From positions 10,672,655 to 10,736,654 of the forward strand of contig NC_134033.1 of NCBI RefSeq assembly GCF_964204645.1: a stretch of 64,000 nt of DNA. The letters run 5' to 3'. A program made the translations under genes and the position numbers. Shown here one piece after another: positions 29,300 to 40,974 of this stretch. Position 1 is the first letter of the stretch; each line of letters begins with the position of its first letter. The DNA is from Tubulanus polymorphus. Lineage: Eukaryota > Animalia > Nemertea. The notes under the pieces were generated by a model. That model had not been told where the DNA came from. It did no database searches and saw only the letters and a list, made by a program, of their open reading frames with translations.

Positions 29300-30020
29300 T
29301 AAGATAAAATCCCACTATTTACCTGTATTTACCACTATTTATCTGTTTTGGAAAAGTTTCGTCACTCTCTCCCTTTATTGGATAAACAAATCATTTTCAC
29401 GTATGAAAACAAAATTAGTAAGACTTTGGTTAAAAACAATCAATCTATACCTTTGGACTGCGGAGTTTACAAAATTCCTTGTTTTGGCTGTGATAAAATT
29501 TACTTTGGAGAAACTGGTCGTGATTTAAAAACTCGAATTTCGGAACACAAAAAGGATATAATTAATCAAAAACCGGCTAGTGGCGTAGCCAATCACGTTT
29601 GGAACACTGGTCATCGTTTTAATTTTGATAAAGCCGAAATTATTTATACTTCCAGCAATTACACTAAACGCCATATAGTTGAGTCTGCCCTAATTACTCG
29701 TCACTCAGATATTAGTACCAATTTAAATAATGGCTTTTCTCCGCATAATTCCCTTCTTTCTAAGTATATTACTTCATGCCTTGCCAAACACTAATTATTT
29801 ACTCACTCACCAATTTACTCAATTAACCTGTCCTCCTCTGTATATATACCCCTGTTTTTAGTCTATTTCTCACACCTGACGATGATCTCTAGGGTGAGAT
29901 CGAAACGTCGTGTCTTTTAAATATTTTAGATTTAATAAATAAATTCTGGTTTTAAAATTCTTTTAATCTGTAAATAGTGGGATTTTATCTTATTATCCGT
30001 TCACCACGTTTGAGTGTGGT
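29300..30020 (+). mobile_element. 5'-truncated Penelope-like retroelement: GIY-YIG endonuclease region plus pseudo-LTR tail
   Basis: ORF 29348..29794 has CGVYKIPCFGCDKIYFGETGRDLKTRISEH, typical of PLE GIY-YIG; a short inverted copy of the tail at the 5' end (TAAGATAAAATCCCACTATTTA vs TAAATAGTGGGATTTTATCTTA) is a PLE hallmark. Confidence 0.9.
29872..29913 (+). ncRNA. Minimal type I hammerhead ribozyme in the Penelope pseudo-LTR
   Basis: Stem I ACAC/GTGT, core CTGACGA-T, stem II GATCTC-TAGGGT-GAGATC, GAAA-C, cleavage triplet GTC. Confidence 0.8.
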
Positions 30021-30339
30021 CATCGTTCTATCGAGTGAATTGTTTGCGCGTGAACGCGCTCTCTAATTAGGCACGGGCCAAATTTGGCCCGAGCCTGATC
30101 CGTGTCAATTTGGCCCGGGCCAAATCGTCTCCGTGTGATCGCGGCTATCGTGTTCGAGGACTCGATGATATCAGAGTAACTGAAAACCAGCGAATACGCA
30201 GTAGTCGCCATTGTTACGTATAAACACATTATATATACCTGAAAAACCTCGGTACCTTTGTCTGAAAACACAACATCTTGATTTTATAGTACGTCAAGGC
30301 CCTACGTTTGACAGCAATGTCACCATCTTCTGTGTTAAA

Positions 30340-30880
30340 ACCGTGGAACTGAGTCCAGTATCTGTGGAACTGCATCCAGACATGTGGGAATTGAATCTTG
30401 CGGGACTGAATCAGAACTGTGGAACTGGGTTCAGAGCTGTGGTAATGAGTCCGATAATTGTGGAACTGGACCCAGAACTGTGGAACTGAATCTCGCGGAA
30501 CTGAATCAGTACTGTGGAACAGTGGAAATGGGTCCAGAGCTGCGGTACCGAATCCGGTAACTGTGGAACTGGGTTCAGAACGGTGGAACGGAGTCAGAAC
30601 TTTGGATTGTGGAACTGCGGTACTGAGTCCAGTAACTGTGGAACTGGGTCCAGAATTGTGGGAATTGAATATTGTGGAACTGAATCAGAGCTGTGGAATT
30701 GTGGAATTGGGTCCAGAGTTGTAGAACTGTATTCAGAACTCTGAAGCAGAACTATGGAGTGTAAAACTCTGCAACTGGGTCCAGAACTGTGGTACCGAGT
30801 CCAGTAACTGTGGTACTGAGTCCAGTAACTGTGGAACTGGATCAAGAACTGTGGTATAGGCCTACTTTATCCAGAACTGT
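30340..30880. repeat. AACTGTGGAACTG tandem repeat
   Basis: Same family as 1875-2280. Confidence 0.9.
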
Positions 30881-31454
30881 GTAAGTGTTTGGGAGGTGGC
30901 ATGTTTTTCAGTTGCTGATACCCGGCACGTCAGTATAGACGGTACTGTACACATCATCCCCAGTAAGATTATACCTCTAATGAATTATAGAAATCCCCAC
31001 AAGAGAAGCTATTTGGTTGTCTTTTGTTGTCGGGCGAATTGCTTAGACATCTCCTGATGTGTGCAATGAAAGAGGGCTATTGTGCCGCATCAAAGCCACT
31101 CGTAATTGAGGACGCGGAGAAAATTTATGAATTTCTGCAAATTTCAATAAATGCTCGAGAAAATAGGTTTCGCCGACTGTTGAATCAGACGGTGGCAGAG
31201 ACGCAATCAGAACTCTGAAGGGATTGATGATCGGCGACGGAGGGAAGGAGGGGAACCCGCCCTCGGGGGTTACACACATCGCCGCCTCGTCTGCATCGAT
31301 TGCCTATAGAGATTTGCATCGATTTCACATGCAAACGCCCCGTTCATCTCTTTCATCCCTTTCGCCCTTCCTCGCCCCATCTCTCTTTCATGATGTCTCA
31401 ATGACTGAGGTAAGGAAGCAAATATTATATTATATTTCAATTAAGAATTTACTA

Positions 31455-31915
31455 CTCTTCTCTTTTCTCTCTCATTCCTTCCCCCTGCCTGTCAATAGCC
31501 CTCCTCACACTCTCATTTATCTATTCTCTCACCTCTCCCTCGCCACTCTCAGTCTCCTCTCTCCACTCCCCTCACTCCTATTCCGCTCTTTCCCTCTCTC
31601 TTCTCACTCTCCTTCCCCTCACATTCCCCATTTCTCTCTCTCTCCCCTTCTCTCCCTGTCTCTCCTTTCCCTCCCTCCCTTTCTCCTCTCTCATCCACCT
31701 CTCATCTCTTTCTCATCTCTCCTCTCCCGCTCCCTCCTCTCTCTATCTGCCTGACTCTCCTCTCTCTCTCATCCCCCTCTCGTCTCTTTCTCATCTCTCC
31801 CCTCTCCCCTCCCTCTCATCTCTCTCCTCTCTCTCCCTGTCTCTCCTCTCTCTCACCCCCTATCCGCTCTTTCTCATTTCTCCCCTCTACCCTCTCTCTC
31901 TCCTCTCTCCGTCTC
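31455..31915. repeat. CT-rich low-complexity tract
   Basis: Direct reading. Confidence 0.9.
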
Positions 31916-32299
31916 CATATATGTAACTCGGCTAGGGGTTCAGTATCTGTGGGCCTCACTCATATAGTTCCACGCAGTTGAACGTCGACTAGTAATCACC
32001 GCGATTCAACTAAACGACAAAAGCCTACAGTTAACTCTCATACACCAAATAATTCTTAATCCAATTGACCGAGTAACCCGTCCATTGTGACCCGTAACCC
32101 GTCCATTGTAGGCCAACAATCGCTGGTGATTGGTGGTGAATGTTGCGTCTAATCGTCGAGGATTTCCTCATCACAATGACGTCATTATCAGCTGCCTGAG
32201 CTATTTACATATTGACCGACGCACGGTAAAACGAGAGAGAGAGAGAATAACGTCCAGAGATTCCGAACATTCTGTGGCGTTCCGGCTTTAAATCAAAAG

Positions 32300-32790
32300 C
32301 AGTCTTAGATTATGAGAATAGTTGTTAGATTGTTTATAGAACCGTCACAGACTTGTCTTAAATTGTTAGATTGTTCAATGGACCAGAATGAGCTCAGACT
32401 GGTCTTAAGTTGTTAGATTTGCTATAGAACCAAAATGAGCCTAGACTGGTCTTAAATTGTTAGATTGGCTATAGAACCATAATGAACTTGGACTGGTCTT
32501 AAATTTTAAGATTGGCTGTAGAACCAAATTGAGCTTAGGCCGATCTTAAGTGTTTGGATTGGTTATAGAACTAGAATGAGCTTAGACCGATCTTTAGATT
32601 AGATTGTTTATTGAACCAAAATGAGCTTAGACTGGTCTTAAGTTGTTAGATTGGTTATAGAACTAAAATGAGCTTAGACCGATCTTTAGATTAGATTGTT
32701 TATAGAACCAAAATGAGCTTAAACCAGTCTAAAATTACTAAGTTGTTAGATTGGTGACCTTAGCGGTCTCTAATATGCAACTGGCCCAGT
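32300..32790. repeat. 44-bp satellite, inverted orientation, ending in the MITE terminus TGCAACTGGCCC
   Basis: About 10 units of TTAGATTGGTTATAGAACCAAAATGAGCTTAGACTGGTCTTAA. Confidence 0.9.
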
Positions 32791-33293
32791 TTCAATGAAG
32801 GACACAAAAAAGTAGTTTAAAATTTACTAAATCTGTGAAAAGACGAATCAATACGATAATCAATAAATATCGATTTTTTTATTGACCAGTTTCTAATTAA
32901 CATATAATGATTAGAAAAACCATGAAATATGTTCGGCATTTGCTCATGCGCAGTTGACTACGTCAGGCTCGTCCGGAGACAGTCTGTGAAATATAGAGAA
33001 AACAGAAATCATGCATTTGATAATCAGGATCTAGGTGAGTTAAGAACCCAGTTTTACAATATTGTGAGTTAAGATTTTACTCAGAGTTTTAACTCATTGA
33101 AGATGAATATAGAGTTAACTCTTACTCGCAACTGTGGAACTGGATCCTGAGTTCGGAGTTAACTGTACGTATTTCAGGGGTGGATCTAGGGAAAGGTACG
33201 ATCCGATGGAAAGGAAGAGCATTTTTCGGACACAGCACAGCTTTGATTTAAAACCGTAAACTCCTGAAATTCAAATTACCTCTCCTTCCTAAT

Positions 33294-34740
33294 TTAGTGT
33301 TTCATCTTATCTTTCATAGTCGGCGGTTCAATGATCGTGACTATTTCTTCCGGGTGAGTTTCTTCGACCAATTCAAGAGGAGGTCCCTCTTCGATTACAG
33401 TAACGATACCGTCATCCCCCTTCTTGTCATCGCTACGTCCGATATCTTCGTGGATCTCATGATGTTCCTCGTGGTCCAGACCCGGTTCCTCGATCACGAT
33501 GACAATTCCCTCTTCGTCGTCCCCGTGTATGCCCTCGTCTATGATCATCTCGTCTGCGCCGTACTCGAAGATGTCGTAGTCGTACTCATCCGGGTGCACG
33601 TATCCGCGGCAACGTCCTTTCGGAACGGGCATCGGACCGGGCATTGGACCTCGGTATGGACCAGGTTTCGGACCTGGTCGTGGTCCGGGCATTGGGCCGC
33701 GGTATGGGCCAGGCATCGGACCAGGGCCGGGCTTAGGACCATATGGACCGGGCATCGGACCGCGTGGGCCAGGGCGTGGGCCAGGGCGCGGACCAGGGCC
33801 AGGCATCGGACCCCGTGGACCAGGGCCAGGCATCGGACCACGTGGACCAGGGCCATATTTACCGCCTCCGCCTCCCATTGAGTAACCACCTCCTCCGCCT
33901 CCTCCTCCGCCACCCATTGAGTAGCCACCTCCTCCGCCTCCTCCTCCGCCTCCCATTGAGTAACCACCTCCTCCGCCTCCGCCTCCCATTGAGTAACCTC
34001 CGCCTCCTCCTCCGCCTCCCATTTTGTAACCACCTCCGTGTCCCATTGGGCCAGGACCATGATCCATGGGTCCAGGTCCACCGGGGCCATGCATCATTGG
34101 GCCAGGACCATGATCCATGGGTCCAGGTCCACCGGGGCCATGCATCATTGGGCCAGGACCATGATCCATGGGTCCAGGTCCACCGGGACCATGCATCATT
34201 GGGCCAGGACCATGATCCATGGGTCCAGGTCCACCGGGACCATGCATCATCGGACCACCATGTCCTCCCATATCACCATGCATCGGACCACCATGTCCTC
34301 CCATGTCACCATGCATCATTGGACCACCATGTCCTCCCATATCACCATGCATCATCGGACCACCATGTCCTCCCATATCACCATGCATCGGACCACCATG
34401 TCCTCCCATGTCACCATGCATCATCGGACCCCCATGTCCCCCGGGAGGTCCAAAGTCTATGAAATATAAAGAGTTTGTTGACATATAAACGACCTTCATG
34501 TTTTATGCAAATATCTATGAATAAGTTAATTCTATGAATATTACTTAGAATACACGCTTCGGGCCATACCACAGCTGGGGAAATATATGAGACCTTGAAT
34601 CTGGATTTCAATTGTCGATGATTTTCTCAAGACACAAAAACATTGCTACATGCGGGATTCGAACCCGCGAGCTTCGGATTCTACTTACTGCTTGAATGAG
34701 CTATTCCTATAACAACAGCCAATAACGCTAATAACTTCAT
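33294..34740 (-). CDS. Secreted Gly/Pro/His/Met-rich repetitive structural-type protein, 404 aa; CDS complement(join(33294..34456,34689..34740))
   Basis: Signal-peptide exon MKLLALLAVVIGIAHSS+A|GTAAGT joins in phase 1 to acceptor TTTCATAG|AC TTT GGA; long stop-free GC-rich exon; the ORF-track start MKVVYM is intronic. Confidence 0.9.
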
Positions 34741-35954
34741 CTTGATTATCTTTCACTGAAAATAACCGCGAAATAGAACAATTATTCGAAATTCTTTTTG
34801 AAATTCCGATATCATTTAAACATTTTAGATCAGCTCTTGAAATTTATCTTTTTATTCAAGCCTATAGTTCTAGGTATACTTTTACTATGTCCCAGTAGCT
34901 ATATATGTCATAGAAGTATTCTTAGAGCAGTATTTAACCGAATAAGGCACCAAATATTGTAGATTACAATAATTATAATGTTTAATATAACGAAAATTGA
35001 AGCAAAAAATCACGTAGGCTCTATTTTAAGCCGAACGAACTCCGAAAGCAGTCGTCTTTTCAAAAGCGTTCGTCCGAAAATTAACTCACAATTAGAACGC
35101 TAGATATTGTTTTCAATTGGAAGAGTTTTGAAATTGACTCGCAGTATATTTATTTGAAATAAATCTAACTGTTGAATATCACAGTTATTTATACTATTTC
35201 TATTGTTACACCATTTTCTAGAGCGATGTTTTATCAATAGAAACAACCGTATCACTTATTGATTTTGTGAACGCATCGTTTTTCAAAAGCGCAAAAGAAA
35301 TGGATCGATTTACATTATTCAATTAGATAACCCAAACCTTATTCACATTATTCATATTATTCTAGAATTTCTATTAAAGCATATCCATATGTATATAGAT
35401 ATTGCTGTATATATTTTGCAAAATAAGAATGCTGAATAGACTACGATTTAAATGAACTGATAATGAAAGAAGTTTTGAAAGCTACTCATTCAAAATGATC
35501 GGTTTGAAATAACTTGAATATCGCAGGTATGAACACTTTTTCCTGGAGCTATGTTTTCGTCGATAGAAACGACTGTATCCTATAATGAATCGGGAACGAA
35601 TTTTATGTGCATCCTTTCTTTTTCAAAAGTCCAAATGAAGCAAATCAATTTACATCATTCAATCAAATCGTCCGATGCTAATTCAATATTCGTTCATTAT
35701 TCTACGATTTTTTATTCAAATCTATTGCTTGATGCTCTACAGAATCAGCTAGAAAAAAAAAACTAGAATATTTATTACCAAAATCGGATTGTGTGGATGT
35801 TAATCTTTTATGCAAAGTGCAGATGAAACGAATTATAATCTACATTATGCAACCATATTTCCTAAACCTGGTGCAATATTGTTTGTTAAGTTTTTCTACG
35901 GAGTCCGTAAGATCAAATCATAGACATTGACGAAAGACGCCGTGTTGCAAAGAT

Positions 35955-36230
35955 TCGGTATCCCTGAAGATGACCATCAGCATAAAGTCGAAACATTGAA
36001 ATAAACTATTAGCATATAGATAACAAATATTATTCCTTGAGCTAAAATGAAAGAACGTTCGAAATATTTCTTTGAGCTAACAGTTTATCCATTCAACTTT
36101 TCGACTATATCCTAACAGTTATCTTCAGGAGAACAGGAGAATGCATAAGTATCACTGAAGATGACTTTAAGGATATAGTCGAAAAGTTGAAATAAACTAC
36201 TAGCTCCACTAACATTTCAGACTATGCTTT
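35955..36230. repeat. Three hammerhead-like repeat copies, two of them inverted to each other
   Basis: CTGAAGA-T-GAC...GTC-GAAA cores at ~35964 (+), ~36128 (-) and ~36155 (+). Confidence 0.6.
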
Positions 36231-36309
36231 TTCCATTCTTATAATGGGATGATCATATTTCGTTTTAGTCGTTTTCAACCCCAATTCCTCTTAACGCTCG
36301 AATACTTAC

Positions 36310-36390
36310 GGACTTTTTTAATAGAAGGTCCTTTCACCGTGGCCGTTCGAGTAGGTTTTGTACCCGCGGCGACGCGAGTCAATTTAAATA
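36310..36390 (-). promoter_or_regulatory. TATA-like box (TATTTAAA, 36383-36390) and short non-coding first exon (~36310-36360) of the Gly/Pro/His/Met gene
   Basis: GTAAGT donor at 36309; the signal-peptide exon begins at an acceptor (TTTTCAG, exon start 34755), so an upstream exon is needed. Confidence 0.6.
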
Positions 36391-37302
36391 GATGACACGC
36401 CCGCAGCACATGCCCGAAACCGATCCATCTCGCAGACAACACCCGGGCGTGCGATGAATGATTTCTATCATCTATTCTATTGTTTTAGATGAACGCGCAG
36501 CGCTACGTGTCGCAGCCCCGCGACAACACCTGCGAATCCGTCCTTTATACTGCAAAACATCGCGCCCACTGGAAATACGTTTTCAAAGATATCATACGCC
36601 AACGACTTGTGAAGATGGCACACCTTACTCCGTATGTCGTCAGCCTCGACTACCAAAGACGGTGTTACGCTATAAAGGATACTATTTTTTGCAGTAAATC
36701 ATCTTACTATTACGTCCATAGTCCTCATTCTGGCCTCCGCATAACGAGGCAGATTTATGCAAAATATCAGAATTTCTCGTGTCTTTATCTTTGAGTAAAA
36801 CGTAGTCGAATATTCCCCTTGGGCCCAATCCCCATTTGTAAATAGTCGAGGCTATTCACGGTAAAAAGGTGCCCCTCAAAAAAGCTCGACACGGCCTGGT
36901 CTTGACATTTCACGTTTCTTTTAAATTCAGCCACACTTTCCTCCGTTTCGGTTCAGTCATGATGCACTTGCGTAATGGAAACTATGGTCAAAGAGTGTGC
37001 AGTAGTAGTAACATAGGGCCTAATACGACTCAAAAACAGCGATAGAATCGCTTGTGGAAGAGTATTATTGATTATTCCTTGAACGAGTTTAAAATGTTCT
37101 AAGTTTTAATCATGTTCATCGAATTTTAGTATTTTATATTTCCGAAAAAATGGGAGATGAATGCGTATGAATTTAGCACCACCTGATGCTCGAGCAGCTT
37201 TTTCTGTACCGGTAATCTATTGATGGTTTCCACCAGTGTTTTTAGATATTAGTGGGCTATGGCGGGCGATAACCACCAAAATATAGCATTACTTTGAAAG
37301 AT

Positions 37303-37436
37303 AGTGAAAAAATGATGAAAAGATAGTGAGAAGATGATGAAAAGATTGTGAATAATGAAAAGATGATAAAAAGATGAAACGGTGGAAAGGTGAAACAATG
37401 AAAAGGTTAAACGATGATAAGGTGAAACGATGAACA
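37303..37436. repeat. GATGAAAA-type low-complexity repeat
   Basis: Direct reading. Confidence 0.8.
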
Positions 37437-37974
37437 CTTGTGAAAAGGCAGTAGGTAAAATGTGTATTTGTATAACTGAAGTACTGAAATAAAGAAGACG
37501 CTTGAACCAGTTCGGTAAAAGAGAATTTGACGCTTTTCAGTAAATGAATATACGTGTTCAGTTTCGAGCACACTGCTTTTATGCGTTCGTCAGATGTTAG
37601 TTCATTATCAACAATGCGGCTTCAAAAATTATGTGAACGCACTAATTCGATGTCGGTGTTTCCAAACGTTACAAAGTTAAAAAGGATCCTTTGGGTTTTG
37701 TATAAAGTTCCACCGTTTTTCTTTTATATTTACGGTCAATTTAATCTAACTGAACCAATCATTGACGATTATGTTGTTCTTCATAAATGTTGACATAACA
37801 TTCGAATTTTCTACCGTTATACTTAGTGTTGTGTCATCGGCCAACTGAATACTGATCCCTTAAAAAATTTTCGATTTCGACCGATGTCATATGAATATAT
37901 CAAAACAAAAGCGGTCCTAGGACAGACCCTGGGGAAATCCGTATTCTATGTAATTAATTTCAGAACAAATATTA

Positions 37975-38075
37975 TTATAACTTCCAAACATGTTTGCGAT
38001 TTTTTAGATAAGATTTCAACCAGACGAAAGTGACCCCACGATCCCATAATGTTGATGTTTGTTCGGTAAGTCCAG
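37975..38075 (-). mobile_element. Small LINE (CR1/L2/Crack-like) reverse-transcriptase fragment
   Basis: Frameshifted HYG(I)RGVTFVWLKSYLKNRKH resembles the conserved RT segment YGIRG...W..SYL.NR.Q. Confidence 0.6.
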
Positions 38076-38274
38076 CACTAACCCAGAGCCACCATTGATC
38101 TGAAGGCGTTATCAGGCGAACGTGCATTTGGTACATTTGCACATACTGTTGAATTCTCTCCCCCACTCCCTCCGTTGACTCGCTCACAGCATTCACAAGA
38201 CAACTCAAGACAGCTCATTTCTTTTTCATGAGAGCGCCTGACAACAATGCCAGTAATTTACAAGATGCCGGAAT

Positions 38275-38778
38275 TATCCTTATCCTGGTTTCGTATCCAA
38301 GAATCTACCAGAGTGGTAAACATTTCCTTTTTACGTACGTAAGATTAACAGCCCGATGATCTTAATTCATGCTGAAATATTGATAATGTATTTTTGGAAA
38401 ATTAGGTTGTACGATGAATCTGTTGCGTGGCTCGTCGCTAACTCCAGAACCGAAGAGGCGATCATAATCTCGAGGAAAGCAGCGAAATCTAACAAACGTT
38501 CATTTTCTCCGGGCGACATTTTTTTCTATAAGAAAAACCACAGTTGAAACAACTTTGGAGTTCTCCAAGAAACAACTAAACGAAGCACATGTATGCAGTA
38601 ACTCAATACCTATTTACTAAAAAGAATAATCATTTATTCAAAGATCAAATCTGTTAATTTCAGATGAAAGCTCAGTTGTCGACAGAGTTAAACTGGTGTC
38701 TGGAAATTTGCTAGGCTGCACAAAGGGTATGAGTGAAGATTCTGACGATGAAACGATGGGAATTTTAGAAGTATTCCT
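38275..38778 (+). pseudogene. SLC22/organic cation transporter-like fragment, copy 1
   Basis: LYDESVAWLVANSRTEEAIIISRKAAKSNKR matches the SLC22 ESxRWL...EA..IL.KAA..N motif; premature TGA at ~38545; truncated after GILEVF. Confidence 0.8.
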
Positions 38779-39524
38779 CATAATTTTACCTCAGTAGAAG
38801 AATAAGTGCTAGGTATCAAAACAACGGTTGCAACGGTTTTTTCGGCGTCAAAAACAGGAGACAGACAATGACTATAGGCGCCAGACGCTGTAAAAATCAG
38901 ACGAACCATGTACAGGTAAAAATAAAACACGATGAAACACGGTGCAGATAGGCGATTTTAGAAAATGTAAAAATTCTAAATGTCCTGCAATTAGCATTGA
39001 TTGAATTCACATTAGTCTTAGAACTGCACATCCAAAATTTCCTTTAAAAAACTATTTCGGGTCATGGTATTATCTGATAGTGGTTTCAAGAGGCTATAAC
39101 TGAGGCTATCGATTTATCAACGTCGGCCTTTCCCTTCCCTATAATCATGAAATTTTGATGTCTAAACTTACAATTCAACCAGGGTTTAACACTTCTAAAT
39201 TACTATTCACACCGATAGGTGTTGTTCATCAAGTGAATAATAACATGGAATGAATTCCACAGCAACGAGTTACAAGTTATCTCTGCGATAAATGAGTTCA
39301 TTTTCTATGTAGTGAAACTATGAGTCAAACAATGACTGAAATCTGAACTCGATTCTGTGGATGAATTGATCCAGGTGATTTAAATGATGAGCCCCTTCGG
39401 CCGGTGGACGAGTTGTTGGAGATCGAATGTAACAGAAGAGTTCAAGACGAGTTTATCAGTTTCACTGAACGGCAGTAGACAACAGCGATTGCAAACGCGT
39501 ATGCCGCACTAGTAGGCCTATCTA

Positions 39525-39745
39525 CACTCTTAGAACAAAGGGAGCAAGAACCTTAAGGGGTTCTTGGGCTTGCCACCCAGGGAGAACCTTTTTTGTAGGG
39601 TTCCTTGAAGAACCCCTGGTAAAGGTTCTTTGAAGAACCATTTCGTATAAAGGGTACTTGTAAGAACCCCTTTCAATATTATCAAATGGTTCTTGACAGG
39701 GTTCTTGGGGGGAACCATTTTAGGTATTTTTAGGGTTCCTCATTT
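39525..39745. mobile_element. CACTA/EnSpm-like transposon terminus
   Basis: TA|CACTCTTAGAA start followed by many GGTTC(T/C)/(A/G)GAACC subterminal repeats in both orientations; partner end not found. Confidence 0.55.
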
Positions 39746-39859
39746 TTTGATTACTCAAGCTGTTCATGATTTGTCCATCCTCTGATATGTTTGACTGCTC
39801 CCTTAATCCTCGTGTGGATAAAAAAAACTGATGAAAAGAATCGCGTAAAATTGATATCA

Positions 39860-40960
39860 TATAAACTTTTTTATTATAAAATCTCATGAATTAAAATATG
39901 AATGAAACACACTAAATGATACAAAAATAGTTTCACTAAATTGGTTACAAATGTACAATAAGATTGAAAGATGGCGAACTTATTTCAGTTGCGCTAATCG
40001 CTTGGTATCTTAAATCGGTTGGGAGTTTTTCCACATTAAGTCAAAAACATAATGTTTTGAGAATATCAATGTGTTTTAGAAATTAGTGGAATATGATATA
40101 AGATGATATGTTAAACGTATAATAGGCCGACTTGAGGCAGGCCACTCCGCTTATTGAGAATCTATCCACTTTCAGTAAGCCATCTTCTTAAATAAGTTTG
40201 TCTCAACGCGCTGCCACCTTCGCAACCTTTCAACCGCAGCACCCGTTTGAAATACAAATAATATTGAGAATTTATGGTGTAACAAAATCGATTATGTTTT
40301 GCAATAATGCACACTCTGCGAGTAAATCTTAACACGTTATAATATTACATGCATAAGTTCCAAATACATTTGTCAATAGAAAAGACAAACGAAGTTAACA
40401 GTGGGATTTGATTCAGAATACGAACCTTTTTAACGGTTTTCAATTCTTTCGCATCCTCTCTCAAATTCCCTGGTAATACGTGAAGCTCTGCTGTTCTCAT
40501 CACATCTGAAATAGTGAATATGATTATCTTCTATCAAAATACAGTCACACAGTAAAGGCCATGAATCAAGATATACTGACCTGTTTCTGCAATTTCGCTA
40601 CTTTGAAGCGACACGATTGCCAAATGTACAGACTTTGTATATTTGTTTAATTTTCTTCCGCCATAGGTCCGAGATTGGAAAAGATTATAAAAAGCTTACC
40701 ACCAACGATTAGGTAACTAACTATTCGCGATGGTGATATCGACGCCAGGCCAACACTGACTCTGGTCGCTGGGGCTTCATTGGACTATTCGCCACTGATC
40801 TGAAGTGATTAGGCCGACGTGTTGAAACATTTGCACCCATACTGTTGAATTCTCTACCCCACTCCCTCCGTTGAACTCTCTCCCAATATACAATAAGACC
40901 TCAAGAGTATTTCAGTTTTTGGAGAGCACCTTTAATAACATTCTACTATTTACAACACGA
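39860..40960 (-). pseudogene. Decayed multi-exon gene remnant, probably internal to the transposon
   Basis: Splice-bounded segments such as TTTCAG|(D)VMRTAELHVLPGNLREDAKELKTVKK|GT; donors at ~40580 and ~40699; terminal GVACLKSAYYTFNIS segment; AATAAA at ~39870; in-frame stops. Confidence 0.4.
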
Positions 40961-40974
40961 CAAATGAACGAATA

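Larger units (their letters stand above)
29084..30146. mobile_element. MITE with TIR AGCCGCGATCACACG and subterminal TTTGGCCCGG repeats, split by the Penelope insertion
   Basis: AGCCGCGATCACACG at 29084 and exact reverse complement CGTGTGATCGCGGCT ending at 30146. Confidence 0.75.

Noticed and set aside
33600-34456. Collagen call for the Gly/Pro-rich protein
   Set aside because: No sustained Gly-X-Y triplet periodicity
33297-34488. Plus-strand and alternative-frame ORFs over the repetitive gene, including the Cys-rich PCIIGPPC frame
   Set aside because: Antisense shadows; only the - strand frame has a signal-peptide exon and matching splice phase
34645-34680. tRNA-like GGATTCGAACCC motifs (also ~15600 and ~23255)
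   Set aside because: Isolated B-box fragments with no cloverleaf; SINE debris at most
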